DNA of 64,000 nt from an uncultured cyanobacterium (lineage in GTDB: Bacteria > Cyanobacteriota > Cyanobacteriia > Cyanobacteriales > Cyanobacteriaceae): the NCBI GenBank assembly GCA_963749915.1, contig CAVVOP010000021.1, positions 544,001-608,000 of the forward strand, read 5' to 3'. The position numbers and the translations under genes are program-made. The notes under the pieces are model-generated. The model saw only the letters and a program-made list of their open reading frames with translations, was not told where the DNA came from and made no database searches. Below are positions 21,378 to 32,527 of this stretch, in pieces. How positions within the stretch are numbered: position 1 is the first letter of the stretch; every line of letters starts with the position of its first letter.

Positions 21378-22067
21378 CTATCGTGTTTGAGACTGACGCA
21401 ATTGATGCTGTCTTCGATTAAATTCAATTTGTTCAGCGTTTAAAACTTTCGACTCAATGGGAGGACGCATATCCCACTGAAGTTCTGATAACAGTATAAG
21501 ACTACTAGCCATAATTAAGCCTGTGGTCAAAAACTGCCATCCTGGAACATATGGTATTACCATAATGCCTAACAAATGAAAAATACCCATCAAGATAAAA
21601 GTTCGTGAATACATACCCCATCCCATAACGAGATAACCAATGGCACTCAACACTAGCCACAAAGGACAAAGATTCATTAATATGACTGGAATGCTACCAA
21701 AAATACCTATATTTGTAATTCCTAATCCCAGCAACATTAACCCAGACCAAAGCAATATTACCCAACGCAACTGTTCTACAACTACCCAAAAATGCGTCAG
21801 GCAAATCATACCAGCAGTGCCAATTAGAGTGAGAGTAGACCAGACTATAGCTTGGAATTGCCAACTAATAGGGCAAAACTGGGCAGTGAAAAAGATACCC
21901 GCAGTGATTAAAGCCCAAAGAATAAAAACCTGATCTATTCGAGTATAGATATTATTTATTAATGTTGTGGAACCGACTCGCCAGTGAATTTTAATCAGTC
22001 CACATAAGTCTTGAATATCAACTTCTTTTTGCTTGATACGTAAAAGGGGGAGAGATAGATTAAACAA
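21378..22067 (-). CDS. Conserved cyanobacterial membrane protein
   Basis: About six TM segments; YTRIDQVF.LW and ELQWDMRPP motifs. Start codon uncertain. Confidence 0.7.
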   Translation of the reverse strand: MFNLSLPLLRIKQKEVDIQDLCGLIKIHWRVGSTTLINNIYTRIDQVFILWALITAGIFFTAQFCPISWQFQAIVWSTLTLIGTAGMICLTHFWVVVEQLRWVILLWSGLMLLGLGITNIGIFGSIPVILMNLCPLWLVLSAIGYLVMGWGMYSRTFILMGIFHLLGIMVIPYVPGWQFLTTGLIMASSLILLSELQWDMRPPIESKVLNAEQIEFNRRQHQLRQSQTR

Positions 22068-22203
22068 AATAAAACAAATTATAAAATATTATAGGACTCA
22101 ATTAGTAGCTTAACATAACTTAATATTTTTATGATAGCTTTTTTAACAATGGTCTATTATCAATTACAAGTGTGTTGTCCATCATTCTTCGGAAAAATAA
22201 ACC

Positions 22204-22584
22204 ATGGAAAAATTATTAGAACAGAATTGTATTCCTTGCAGTGGTTACTCGCAGCCATTGACTGAGAAAAAAATAGCGGAGCTTAAGCCTCAAGTTCCTG
22301 AGTGGAACATTATTTATGAAGATGGTAAACCTCGACTTCAGCGATTCTATGAATTCCCCGATTTTAAAAATGCCCTCGATTTTACTCAACGAGTAGGTGA
22401 AGAAGCCGAGAAAGAAGGACATCACCCCTCCTTGTTGTGTGAGTGGGGTAAAGTCACAGTAACCTGGTGGACTCATGCTATTAAAGGACTGCATGGGAAT
22501 GATTTTATAATGGCTGCCAAAACAGATTCCCTCTACTCAGATCTTGCACCTTTCCCAAAAGCATCTGTTGAGGGCAAATTATGA
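22204..22584 (+). CDS. phhB: Pterin-4-alpha-carbinolamine dehydratase
   Basis: EGHHP and WWTHAIKGLH.NDFIMAAK motifs. Confidence 0.9.
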   Translation: MEKLLEQNCIPCSGYSQPLTEKKIAELKPQVPEWNIIYEDGKPRLQRFYEFPDFKNALDFTQRVGEEAEKEGHHPSLLCEWGKVTVTWWTHAIKGLHGNDFIMAAKTDSLYSDLAPFPKASVEGKL

Positions 22585-22730
22585 ATTATGAATTATGAAT
22601 GAGTTAAACTTAGTAAAGTATCTTTATAAAGAGGAAAAGCCATTTAAGAGCTAAAAAATCCCTAACCTAACACCTAACACCTTTTATTAAGTATTTATGT
22701 ACTGGTGAAAGATCTCAGTCTATACAAATT

Positions 22731-23655
22731 AGACATCTCCAAAAATTTATGATTCTTTCATTATAAGCATTTGAAACCTTTTTACTCCTAGGGCGATCGC
22801 GCGATCGCCGGCTCTTAATCCTGTTATTTCGTCAAAAATCAAGAAAAATCCAATTTTGATGAAAAAATATGGGTTAACAGAACATCAATTATTTCTCCCG
22901 TTTCACTCGTTTTCCGATGTTCAATTATTAAAGTTCCCATTCTTAATCTTACCAAACCACAAACGCTCAAAAAAACTGATTCATATTCCTCTTTTTTTAG
23001 TCTAAATCTTTCTCCCATAACCTTAAATATTTTGATTATTCTAATTAGATGCTCTACAAATATATCTGCATTTTCCCTCCAAATAGTTATGTCAGCTTTT
23101 GGTCCTAGTTCTCCTCCTACTACATCTACTATATCTTCCCCTTTTGGCAAACAAATTACTTGATTTTTAAAAGTCTGCATTTTTTTCTTTCCTGAATAAT
23201 GCTTTTTTTGTTCTTCATAGTCTAGACTTCTTTCTATTTCTTGTTCTTCTGTATCTACTATGAGCTCATAATTAGTTAAGATTTTTTTGATTTCTTCTAG
23301 ACTATCCTCGAACTTTTTTACTTGTTCTCGTAAGGAAGAAGGTAAGGCTAATTCTAATAATTTTTGCCATTTATGAAACACATTATTAGCAGTACTTTCA
23401 CTCACTTTAAACATTAATGCTAATAACTGAAAATTAAGATGGTGTCTCAGATAAACCAAAGTCATAATTATTTGTTCTTCTTTACTTATTTTTTCATCCC
23501 TTCCACCTCCTACTTTATTAATTCTTATCTTCTTTTGTTCTTGTTTTTGATTCTCTTGTTCTTCGTATAATTATTCATTGTTTTTGATATTTTTTACCTC
23601 AGAAGTTAAAGTTATTATACTAATTTTCTGATATTATTATATTTTGGAGATGTCT
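22731..23655 (-). mobile_element. Internally deleted IS5/ISL2-like insertion sequence (HTH + DDE_Tnp_4 transposase remnant)
   Basis: TIR agacatctccaaaa / ttttggagatgtct, ATT TSD at 22728-30 and 23656-58. ORF 22839-23465 has LVYLRHH, IVDTEEQ and YSGKKK, but the N-terminus is frameshifted and the central catalytic segment is missing before VEHLIR. Confidence 0.85.
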
Positions 23656-23772
23656 ATTGATCTAACGGTAACCTGACTAAAGCCAGAAGTAGTAGAAGTT
23701 ATAGTGCTGCTACTGATGACAATAGTAGTATTACTGAAAGCGATCGCTTCCCCTTAGTATTATGTAAATAAT

Positions 23773-24483
23773 TTATTTATTGTGGAAGGTTCCTAAGGAG
23801 GGTAATTTCCACCAAGGCACAAAGGGATATTGATGATGTTCTTGGTGATAACTAAAATGATAACAGGCAATTAATGACCAAAATACCGGCAAATAAAGAC
23901 TTTTAATAGAGGATATTTCCTCTTCTTTTTGGTTAGATTGACGATGGGGCAAAAAAGTGCCAAAAAAGAATAATTGTAATGAACTTAAAATTAAAGGCAA
24001 CGCCCAAAATAAAAATAAATGAAACCAAGTAACTTTAAAACAATAAGCAATAAATAAGACAAGTACGGATAAACGAAACAAATGTTTAAGACTGATATAT
24101 TTAGTCATAAACTCTCCATACCAGCCCAAAAAACTTAAATTATCACTATTATGAAAATCAGGATCAAGATTCGTACCCGGAAAACGATGATGTAATAAGT
24201 GTTTTTCCCTTAAATTTTCGTAGGACAAAAAAGCATATAAAATAAGAGCAAATCCACCGATAAAATGATTAACCCGAAGATTAGGGGGGAAGATAAGCCC
24301 GTGCATGCCATCATGGGCAATGATAAATAATCCCGTATTTAAAAAAGTTTGCCATAAAATTAACATTAAAATACCTAGATTACTAACTTTAGTTAAATCA
24401 TTGATTAGGTAAATTGAAATCGTTACCGTCCAAAGGGCAATAATCACCAAAGCAATAATAAAACCCAAGTAATTAACCATCAT
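23773..24483 (-). CDS. crtW: Beta-carotene ketolase
   Basis: TGLFIIAHDGMHG, HLLHH..PGT..DPDFH and CYHFSYHQEHH His boxes. Confidence 0.9.
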   Translation of the reverse strand: MMVNYLGFIIALVIIALWTVTISIYLINDLTKVSNLGILMLILWQTFLNTGLFIIAHDGMHGLIFPPNLRVNHFIGGFALILYAFLSYENLREKHLLHHRFPGTNLDPDFHNSDNLSFLGWYGEFMTKYISLKHLFRLSVLVLFIAYCFKVTWFHLFLFWALPLILSSLQLFFFGTFLPHRQSNQKEEEISSIKSLYLPVFWSLIACYHFSYHQEHHQYPFVPWWKLPSLGTFHNK

Positions 24484-24658
24484 ATTCTTCTTTTTTCCCC
24501 GCAAAATTTACCTTTAGGGACGGAAAATGAACATAGATCTTACGGTAGCATGATATTTTCTTCGGTCATTGTCGCAAAATCCGCACCACAAGACTAAATA
24601 TTTTCTTAAGGATTTATGTTAAATTGATTACAGAAATTCACAAATCTAGGGTTCAATT

Positions 24659-25618
24659 ATGCCTTTTACTATCGATTCAGCCCGTACGATCTTTCCCGAA
24701 ACTCTAGCGGCGGATGTAGTACCTGCTACCGTCGCTAGATTTACACAATTAAGTGCCGAAGATCAGTTAGCATTAATCTGGTTTGCCTACCTAGAAATGG
24801 GTAAAACCATTACCATAGCCGCTCCGGGTGCCGCTAATATGATATTAGCAGAATCCACTCTCAACGAAATAAAAAACATGAGTACACAAGAGCAATCACA
24901 GGTGATGTGCGACCTAGCTAATCGTGCAGATACCCCCATTTGTCGTACTTATGCAGTTTGGTCTGTTAATGTCAAACTTGGCTTTTGGTATCAGTTAGGT
25001 AAATTCATGGAACAAGGAATCGTTGCCCCTATTCCTGCTGGTTATAGACTTTCAGCCAACGCTAATTCGGTATTAGATGCCATCAAAAAATTAGAAGCCG
25101 GTCAACAAATTACTGTACTTCGTAATGCCGTAGTTGATATGGGTTATGATGTTAAGAAACTCGGAGATTATACCCCCATTGCAGAACCTGTAACTCCTCC
25201 TCAAGAAGTATCTAAACGTACTAATGTTAGCATTCAAGGTGTAACTAATCCCACAGTCCTGAAATACATGGATAACTTAAACGCCAATGATTTCGATACA
25301 TTAATCGAACTATTTCTTCCCGATGGTGCGTTACAACCTCCTTTCAAACGTCCTATCGTTGGCAAGGACAATATTCTTCGCTTCTTTAAAGAAGAATGTC
25401 AAAACCTCAAATTAATTCCTGAAAATGGTGTTACTGAACCTGCAGACGGCGGTTATACTCAAATTAAAGTAACAGGAAAAGTACAAACTCCTTGGTTTGG
25501 CGGTAATGTTGGCATGAATATTGCATGGCGTTTCCTTCTCAATCCAGAGGGAAAAATCTTTTTCGTAGCCATTGATTTACTGGCATCCCCCAAAGAATTA
25601 TTAAACTTGATGCGCTAG
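24659..25618 (+). CDS. ocp: Orange carotenoid protein (OCP1)
   Basis: MPFTIDSAR N-terminus; C-terminal NTF2 domain with VQTPWFG and LLASPKELLNL. Confidence 0.97.
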   Translation: MPFTIDSARTIFPETLAADVVPATVARFTQLSAEDQLALIWFAYLEMGKTITIAAPGAANMILAESTLNEIKNMSTQEQSQVMCDLANRADTPICRTYAVWSVNVKLGFWYQLGKFMEQGIVAPIPAGYRLSANANSVLDAIKKLEAGQQITVLRNAVVDMGYDVKKLGDYTPIAEPVTPPQEVSKRTNVSIQGVTNPTVLKYMDNLNANDFDTLIELFLPDGALQPPFKRPIVGKDNILRFFKEECQNLKLIPENGVTEPADGGYTQIKVTGKVQTPWFGGNVGMNIAWRFLLNPEGKIFFVAIDLLASPKELLNLMR

Positions 25619-25777
25619 ATTTACATAATTTAACTAACAGAATCAGAGCTTAAAATTGAGAATACCTTCCTAACCTTTTTACTGATTTTTACGAATAGGG
25701 AAGCTGAAGGGTCGCAAATCAAGAATTTAGCCTAGGGAATAACAGTTTTAATTCATCATCCATAATTTGTTAATTCT

Positions 25778-25811
25778 AAAGAGTTTTCTTTTTTAAGAGA
25801 CTCTTTTTTTT
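25778..25811 (+). terminator. Rho-independent terminator between ocp and frp
   Basis: aaagagttttc...gagactcttt hairpin followed by a T-run. Confidence 0.55.
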
Positions 25812-25883
25812 GCCTTTTTACCAAATATATTGATAGGATATAGGAGTGTTTAAATTTTCTTATACCCTTTTTTATAAAAAATT

Positions 25884-26216
25884 ATGTCAACAATAATTAC
25901 TGAAACAGAATGGACTACCAAAGAAATAGAAATTAGTCAACGAGTATTAAATAAAGCGTATCAACGAGAAACAGAAACTTTAGTGGCGGAGGTACGGCAT
26001 AAAATTAATAATATGACTGACATAGAACAACTGTGGCAAGTTCATGATACTTTGAGTGCCAAACGTTATGATCTTGATGGTAAATATGATGCCAGAGAAC
26101 CGATGTTAATTTTCACCTTTGCTCAACTATTAAAAGAAGGTTGGATAAGTTTAGAGGAATTAAGTGGTTTACATCAAGCAAAATTAGCAAAAATTTCTTC
26201 TTTATCTAAAATCTAA
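25884..26216 (+). CDS. frp: Fluorescence recovery protein
   Basis: W(T)..E, AYQRE, LWQVHD.LSAKR..LDGKYD motifs; downstream of ocp. Confidence 0.92.
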   Translation: MSTIITETEWTTKEIEISQRVLNKAYQRETETLVAEVRHKINNMTDIEQLWQVHDTLSAKRYDLDGKYDAREPMLIFTFAQLLKEGWISLEELSGLHQAKLAKISSLSKI

Positions 26217-26345
26217 TAATAAATTTATTCCGCAATTATAAAGATAAAACTGTTAACTTTTGTCCTTTTTTTCTTGTTTCCTATCACGATTACACTTTTT
26301 ATCAATCCTATTTTATAAATTTTGCTAAAAAATAAAGTATATTAT

Positions 26346-26786
26346 ATGAGTGAAAAAGATCAAGAAATTATTTTACTGCCTGACGAATGGGCAACTAAAA
26401 AATTAGGGCAAAGGTTGGCAGATGAATTAACACCTAATAGCGTTTTATTATTAAGTGGTAATTTAGGAGCGGGAAAGACTACTTTAATTCAGGGATTAGG
26501 AGAAGCATTAGGAATTAAAGAAGCGATCGTCAGTCCCACTTTTACTTTAATTAATGAATATCCAGAAGGAAAAATACCCCTTTATCACATCGATTTATAT
26601 CGCCTTAAACCCGAACAAGTAAAGGATTTATACTTAGAAAATTATTGGCAAGCCATAGAAGTTGAAGCAGGAATAACTGCCATTGAATGGTCAGAATTCT
26701 TACCTAATTTGCCACCTAATTACATCAAAATTAACTTAGAAATTGATTCAGAATTAGGCAGAAAAGCAATTATTTTTAGACAATAA
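26346..26786 (+). CDS. tsaE: tRNA threonylcarbamoyladenosine biosynthesis ATPase
   Basis: GNLGAGKTT, VSPTFTL, YHIDLYRL and IEW motifs. Confidence 0.95.
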   Translation: MSEKDQEIILLPDEWATKKLGQRLADELTPNSVLLLSGNLGAGKTTLIQGLGEALGIKEAIVSPTFTLINEYPEGKIPLYHIDLYRLKPEQVKDLYLENYWQAIEVEAGITAIEWSEFLPNLPPNYIKINLEIDSELGRKAIIFRQ

Positions 26787-26920
26787 AATCATACATCGAA
26801 AGGTTATTTCTAAAATCAAGAACTGAGAAAATACCGTAGCCAATTACCGTCCGATCGCCAATATTTATTAAAAAATAAGTGGGTTAAAAAATGAGCGAAC
26901 GGTGAGAGCATAATTATCAA

Positions 26921-28102
26921 TTAATAACCTATTCCCGCCCTTTCCCAACGTTTTAAAGCTTCCCCAAGGCGATGGCAATCAGCAATTAAACTCAGGCGCA
27001 CATAACCTTCTCCTCCTTCTCCAAAGGCATTCCCAGGAGTTACTACCACCCCTGTGTTTTGTAATAAATTTAGGGCGAAATCTGTGGAGTTGGAATTGCG
27101 AGGAACATTTACCCATAAATACATGGTAGCCTTGGAGGGTTTGATCTTCCAACCTAACTTACTTAAACCATCAATCACAAAATCTCGCCGTTCCTGATAC
27201 CTTTGTTGTACTTCATGAATATAAGTATCAGGTAATTGTAAAGCCGTTTCGGCGGCGGCCTGAATTACACTAAAAATCCCATAATCAAGGTTAGTTTTTA
27301 GAGTGCGTAACCCTTGAATAATATCACTATTCCCTACCACAAAACCCACTCGCCAACCTGCCATATTATAGGTTTTTGACAGAGTATGAAATTCCACTCC
27401 AATATCTTTTGCCCCCGGAATTTGTAACAAACTAGTAGGTTTATAACTTTCAAAAGCTAATTCTGCGTAGGCTAAGTCATGAACTAACATGATCTCGTAG
27501 TGTTTTGCCCATGATACGACTTCTTCAAAAAAGCTACGAGGAGCAGTGGCACTGGTAGGATTATTAGGATAATTAAAGTAGAGAATTTTGGCTTTTTGGG
27601 CAATGTCTTCGGGAATTTGGCTTAAATCTAACACCCAATCTTTCTCTGCTTTTAAATGAGGTGCATAAATATTGGCCCCAGCAATGGCGGGTCCTCGATA
27701 GTGGGCAGGGTAGGATGGACTGGGTACAATAACAGTATCTCCTGGATTAACATAGGCTAAAGCTAGATGAGATAAGCCTTCTTTTGAGCCTAACAATGGC
27801 AACGCTTCACTATCGGCACTCAAATCCACATGGTAACGTCTATGATACCAATTAGCGATCCCTTGACGAAAATCCGCCGTCCCTTCGAAAGGTGGATAAC
27901 CGTGGTATTTAGTCACATTTAAAGCCTTTTTTGCCGCCTTAATAACCGGTTCGGGAGTTGCGCCATCAGGGTTGCCCATACCTAAATCAATCAAATCTAA
28001 ACCTTGTTCTCTGGCTTTGACTTTTAATTCATCTAAACGGGCAAAAACGTAGGGCGGCAAGGCACTTAAACGATCAGCACGATTAATCCAACTGGTTTTC
28101 AT
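26921..28102 (-). CDS. Class I/II PLP aminotransferase (LL-DAP/aspartate aminotransferase-like)
   Basis: LPPYVF, DLGMGNPD, NYPNNPT, DLAY and SKTYNMAGWRVG motifs. Confidence 0.88.
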   Translation of the reverse strand: MKTSWINRADRLSALPPYVFARLDELKVKAREQGLDLIDLGMGNPDGATPEPVIKAAKKALNVTKYHGYPPFEGTADFRQGIANWYHRRYHVDLSADSEALPLLGSKEGLSHLALAYVNPGDTVIVPSPSYPAHYRGPAIAGANIYAPHLKAEKDWVLDLSQIPEDIAQKAKILYFNYPNNPTSATAPRSFFEEVVSWAKHYEIMLVHDLAYAELAFESYKPTSLLQIPGAKDIGVEFHTLSKTYNMAGWRVGFVVGNSDIIQGLRTLKTNLDYGIFSVIQAAAETALQLPDTYIHEVQQRYQERRDFVIDGLSKLGWKIKPSKATMYLWVNVPRNSNSTDFALNLLQNTGVVVTPGNAFGEGGEGYVRLSLIADCHRLGEALKRWERAGIGY

Positions 28103-28246
28103 GGGTAATATTTTATCTCTAAAGCATCCAAAAAAAAAGTTAACGTCGCCCAAATATATCAATCTTGAGGATCAAATTTAAGTAACGATTTCTGAAAGGA
28201 CTAACCCCTAACATAACCATTCATTATTACACTAATTGCCATTTAT

Positions 28247-29200
28247 TTAAGTACTAGCGATCCCAAATAAAATAACAATACCAAAAGCGAGACGATACCA
28301 CACAAAAATCCAAGTATCTCGTTTTTGTAAGAAACGAATTAACCAGGCGATGGCAAGATAAGAGAAAATCCATGAGGAGATTAAACCGACGGTAAGGGGA
28401 ATAGTAGAAGAAACCTTTAAACCTTGATCAAAAACATCTTTTAATTCTACTAAACCCGCTAAAGTAATGGCAGGAATACCCAGTAAAAAAGAAAAACGGG
28501 CGGCAGTTGCCCTTTCTAAATTCATAAATAAACCCGCCGTAATCGTTGAGCCTGAGCGAGAAACTCCGGGTATTAAGGCTAAGGATTGAGCTAAGCCCAT
28601 TAAAATTCCGTCTTTTGTTGATAATTGGTCAAAATCGCGTTTATGATTACTAATTTTTTCTGCTATACCCAATAAAATCGCCATAAAAATAGAAGCGATC
28701 GCAATAGTTGTTAAACTTCGAAAAGGGGAATTATCTAAATCTGGCACGAAAATTTTCAATTCTAAACCGAATATAACAATGGGAATTGTACCGATAATGA
28801 TACCTAAACCAATCTTAAACTCTTGAGCCTGATAATTTTTCGTTTTAACTGCTTTAATAATGCCAGTGCCTAAATCCATTAAATCTTGTCGGAAATACCA
28901 TAATACCGCCAGAATGCTTCCTAATTGAATAATAGCGGTAAAAGTTACACCAGGATCACCCCAACCTAAAGCTACAGGTATAACCTTAAGATGTGCAGTG
29001 CTACTAATAGGTATAAACTCTGTTAGGCCTTGTATCAAACCGAGAATAAAGGCTCGAAAAATATCAACACCAACGGAAGAGGTATTGGTAATAGTATTTT
29101 CATTTTGGGCTAACACAAGGGGTTGAAAAAAGAAAGCTAACAACAATCCCCCCATGACGCCAGAAATTGAGGTATAAACTGGTAATTTAGATTTAGACAT
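28247..29200 (-). CDS. uppP: Undecaprenyl-diphosphatase
   Basis: QGLTEFIPISSTAHL and PGVSRSGSTI motifs. Confidence 0.95.
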   Translation of the reverse strand: MSKSKLPVYTSISGVMGGLLLAFFFQPLVLAQNENTITNTSSVGVDIFRAFILGLIQGLTEFIPISSTAHLKVIPVALGWGDPGVTFTAIIQLGSILAVLWYFRQDLMDLGTGIIKAVKTKNYQAQEFKIGLGIIIGTIPIVIFGLELKIFVPDLDNSPFRSLTTIAIASIFMAILLGIAEKISNHKRDFDQLSTKDGILMGLAQSLALIPGVSRSGSTITAGLFMNLERATAARFSFLLGIPAITLAGLVELKDVFDQGLKVSSTIPLTVGLISSWIFSYLAIAWLIRFLQKRDTWIFVWYRLAFGIVILFGIAST

Positions 29201-29235
29201 TCATCAAAGTGATAATTACAGCAACGAGTTTTAGA

Positions 29236-30351
29236 TTATATCTCTTTTTGAACTTCTGCCACCTTTTCTAATTTTCCTTGTTGTTGATAGATATTTTTTG
29301 CTTTTTCTAACATTTCTTGGGCTTCGGGACCTCTACCTCTTTCTTTCAACAATAAGCCTAAACGATGATAACCATAAGGATTTTGTGGTGCTAATTCAAT
29401 AAAACGACGATAGGCAACAATGGCTCGAAAATGATCTTGTTTTTGTTCTAAAATTCTAGCAATACCCCCATAGGCCTGAATGGATTTATTATCTAATCCC
29501 GAGACTTTCTCATAGGTTTTGAGGGCGTTATCCCAATCTTTTTGTTGCTCATACACCATAGCCATTTTTAAGATAACTTTAGGATTATTAGGATCTGATG
29601 CTTCTAAAATCATTAATTGTTCTAATCCTTCTGCAGATTTTTGTTCTTTAAAATAGGCTGTCGCCAATTTTAATCTTAAATCATTATTATTGGGAAATTT
29701 AGCGATCGCCTCTTCTAAAAAAGCAATGGCTTGAGCATTTTTACCTTGTTGATACAGTGCCGTAGCCATCATATCGTAGGCAGTTTCGTTTTCACTATCT
29801 AAAGCAATCACTTGTTGATAATAACTTTCTATTTGTGCGTACTCACCATTTCTGAGTAATAAAACTCCTAAAGCGATTAAATTATCAGGGTTTCTAGGTT
29901 GTAGGGCCATGGCCCTTTGATAGGCGTCAATAGCGTTAGAATTATCACCAATTTGAGCAAAAGTATAACCTAAAGCCGTGTAAAAATCACTATTATCGGG
30001 GGCGAGAGAAACTGCCTGTTGATAGGCATTCGCAGCAGCTTGATAATCTCCAAGGGAAGCGTAAAGATAACCCATACTAGAAAATATTTTCGCATTATCA
30101 CCATCTAACGTAGCGGCTTGACGATAGATTGATAGTGCATTATTTAAGTCTCCCGTTGTAACATACTCTTTACCTTGTTGGAGTAAATTATATAATTCTT
30201 GTCGTTGTTGAGAATTTAATCTTGTAGCAATAGTCGTAATATTTTGAGCCTGTGCGGCAAAATCTAAAGGAATTGGCCCGATACCTCCTAAAAGTAAAAA
30301 GACAATTATTTGAGGGATAATTTGTTTATACACTCGGTTTTTAACCTCCAT
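29236..30351 (-). CDS. Exported tetratricopeptide repeat protein
   Basis: Signal peptide followed by many 34-aa TPR units. Confidence 0.85.
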   Translation of the reverse strand: MEVKNRVYKQIIPQIIVFLLLGGIGPIPLDFAAQAQNITTIATRLNSQQRQELYNLLQQGKEYVTTGDLNNALSIYRQAATLDGDNAKIFSSMGYLYASLGDYQAAANAYQQAVSLAPDNSDFYTALGYTFAQIGDNSNAIDAYQRAMALQPRNPDNLIALGVLLLRNGEYAQIESYYQQVIALDSENETAYDMMATALYQQGKNAQAIAFLEEAIAKFPNNNDLRLKLATAYFKEQKSAEGLEQLMILEASDPNNPKVILKMAMVYEQQKDWDNALKTYEKVSGLDNKSIQAYGGIARILEQKQDHFRAIVAYRRFIELAPQNPYGYHRLGLLLKERGRGPEAQEMLEKAKNIYQQQGKLEKVAEVQKEI

Positions 30352-30753
30352 TAAACTTAAAGAATCTTAATATTAGCATGAAAAAAAAGCAATGGGCAAT
30401 CAAACTAAATTTTCTACCGGGGTAAACACATCTAAAATAACGTGATTTCAATGAAAGAAAAAATGACAAAGCCTTTAACTCTGAAGATTTATTGGCAATC
30501 TTATTAACGAAATCTTTGCAAAATAGGAATTTAGATAAGGGAAAACCACGGAATCTCGTGGTGAATTGTAGAAAATATTTGATAACGATCAAACATCAGA
30601 TTCAAAGTAAATACCATGTTATTTAAGGCTAATTTTTGTTCTCTCGTTCTACCACTCAAATTCTAAGTTCATAATCTATTTTTGCCACTATTAATTATTA
30701 ACTACCAGTGCTATCTTATATTTAGCAAAGGTATTATTATTCATCAGAAATTT

Positions 30754-31140
30754 ATGCAGTTAAGCAGTCAAGAAATTAGTTATTATCGAGATCAATTAAC
30801 AGAATGTGAATCGGCGATGATGGCGTTGGATATGATTGAAGATGCGGAGGGAGATTTAGAAGATGGTGCGACTTCCATCGCTTTAGCCATTGGGCAAACT
30901 CCTGATAGGGTAGACTGGTTAGACGGTTGGGCGAAACGTTGTCGAGTAGCTATTTGTGAGGAAAATTTACGATCTGATCTACAAGACAGTTATATTGAAA
31001 ACGCCGTTAACTATTTATTGGAGAAAAAAATTTGTCCTCCTTTATTGGTGGTTCCTGTTATTATTTATGTACTTAAACAAGGAATTAATCAATTTTGTGA
31101 ACCACTTTCTTATCAATTACCAATTAGCATAGGGGAATAA
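30754..31140 (+). CDS. Conserved cyanobacterial hypothetical protein
   Basis: ALDMIEDAEGDLEDGA, AKRCRVAIC and FCEPL motifs; ATG at 30754. Confidence 0.7.
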   Translation: MQLSSQEISYYRDQLTECESAMMALDMIEDAEGDLEDGATSIALAIGQTPDRVDWLDGWAKRCRVAICEENLRSDLQDSYIENAVNYLLEKKICPPLLVVPVIIYVLKQGINQFCEPLSYQLPISIGE

Positions 31141-31232
31141 TAATATTCTGATCTTACACATTAGGGACACATTAGGGATTATTTTTTCCCATTGCTCAGT
31201 GTGTGGTTTAAACTAACTATTAATTATTGAAA

Positions 31233-32366
31233 ATGACTAAATCTAAACAACTTCAGGCAACAGCAAAACACAGCGATATTTTAAATTTACAAGTTGCTCC
31301 TGCTAATATTATTAAGGGGGAAAATTGTTTAATCAATAGTGGAAAATTTATAGCTAATTTTGGCAAACTTCCTCTGATTGTTGGTGGGGAAAAAACCTTA
31401 AAATTCATCGAGAATTATCTTAATCCTATTTGTAGAGAATTTAATTTAACCCCCTCTTATCAAAGTTATACCCCAGATTGTTCGGAAAGTTCCTTAAAAA
31501 AATTAGAAAAAGCAGCTACATCCCATCAAGCTGATTTTATTATCGGTGTAGGCGGTGGTAAAGGCCTAGATACGGCGAAATTGTTAGGTTATAACTGCCA
31601 TTTACCTGTGATCACTATACCCACTTCTGGGGCAACTTGTGCCGCATGGACTGCCTTGAGTAATATTTATTCAGAATCAGGTGCTTTCCAATATGATGTC
31701 AGTCTCCGCAATTGTCCAAATCTACTAATCCTCGACTATAATTTAATTTCTACTGCCCCTACTTATACTTTAGTGGCTGGTATTGGAGATGCCATCGCCA
31801 AATGGTACGAAGCCTCTATCAGTAGCGGTGATTCGAGTGCCACCTTAACCATCGCCGCCGTGCAACAGGCTAGGGTATTAAGAGACATTTTACTACAAAA
31901 ATCCGAGATCGCCTTAAAAAATCCTCTCGGTGAAGAATGGAAAGAAGTGGTTGACGCAACGGTATTATTAGCAGGAGTTAGCGGTGGATTAGGCGGTGCA
32001 AGTTGCCGCACAGTGGCCGCCCATGCAGTACACAATGCCCTAACTCATTTACCGGAAACTCACCATCAGTTACATGGTGCAAAAGTAGCCTATGGTATTT
32101 TAGTACAATTGCGACTGGAAGAAATGGTGGTTAATAATCAATTAGCTACCACCGCTAGACAACAATTAATTAAGTTTTATCAAACTATTAACTTACCCTG
32201 TAGCTTAGAAGATTTAGGTTTAGATAATATCACTTTAGCTCAACTTCGCTTCTGTGCGGAACTTACTTGTCAACCTTCATCGGATATTCGCCGCCTGCCA
32301 TTTAATGTCACCCCTGAGCAATTAGTAGCGGCGATGGTTTCTACTACAGTATCAGGCTCTTTATAA
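31233..32366 (+). CDS. Iron/zinc-containing alcohol dehydrogenase, glycerol dehydrogenase-like
   Basis: GVGGGKGLDTAK, AGIGDAIAKWYE, AHAVHNALT and LHGAKVAYG motifs. Confidence 0.88.
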   Translation: MTKSKQLQATAKHSDILNLQVAPANIIKGENCLINSGKFIANFGKLPLIVGGEKTLKFIENYLNPICREFNLTPSYQSYTPDCSESSLKKLEKAATSHQADFIIGVGGGKGLDTAKLLGYNCHLPVITIPTSGATCAAWTALSNIYSESGAFQYDVSLRNCPNLLILDYNLISTAPTYTLVAGIGDAIAKWYEASISSGDSSATLTIAAVQQARVLRDILLQKSEIALKNPLGEEWKEVVDATVLLAGVSGGLGGASCRTVAAHAVHNALTHLPETHHQLHGAKVAYGILVQLRLEEMVVNNQLATTARQQLIKFYQTINLPCSLEDLGLDNITLAQLRFCAELTCQPSSDIRRLPFNVTPEQLVAAMVSTTVSGSL

Positions 32367-32452
32367 ACCCCAAAATAGGGATTACTGGACAATAATCTCA
32401 ATGAGTTTTATCAATCTCTTTTAAAATCGGTCCAAGAGGTTATCAAGACATT

Positions 32453-32473
32453 AAAAAAGGGTTTTAACCCCTT
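32453..32473 (-). terminator. Terminator downstream of rbp
   Basis: Minus strand aaggggttaaaaccc hairpin followed by tttttt. Confidence 0.55.
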
Positions 32474-32527
32474 GCTTTAAAACTTAAATTATTCTAAACT
32501 ACACATTGGATAACCAAAGAATTTTAC

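Noticed and set aside
22792..22809. Tandem HIP1 palindrome gcgatcgcgcgatcgc
   Set aside because: HIP1 is abundant throughout the window; it lies in an IS end and has no evident separate function.
30341..30592. 83-aa ORF and small hairpin upstream of the TPR gene
   Set aside because: Low-complexity composition in a divergent promoter region; no family motif and too little structure to call an sRNA.
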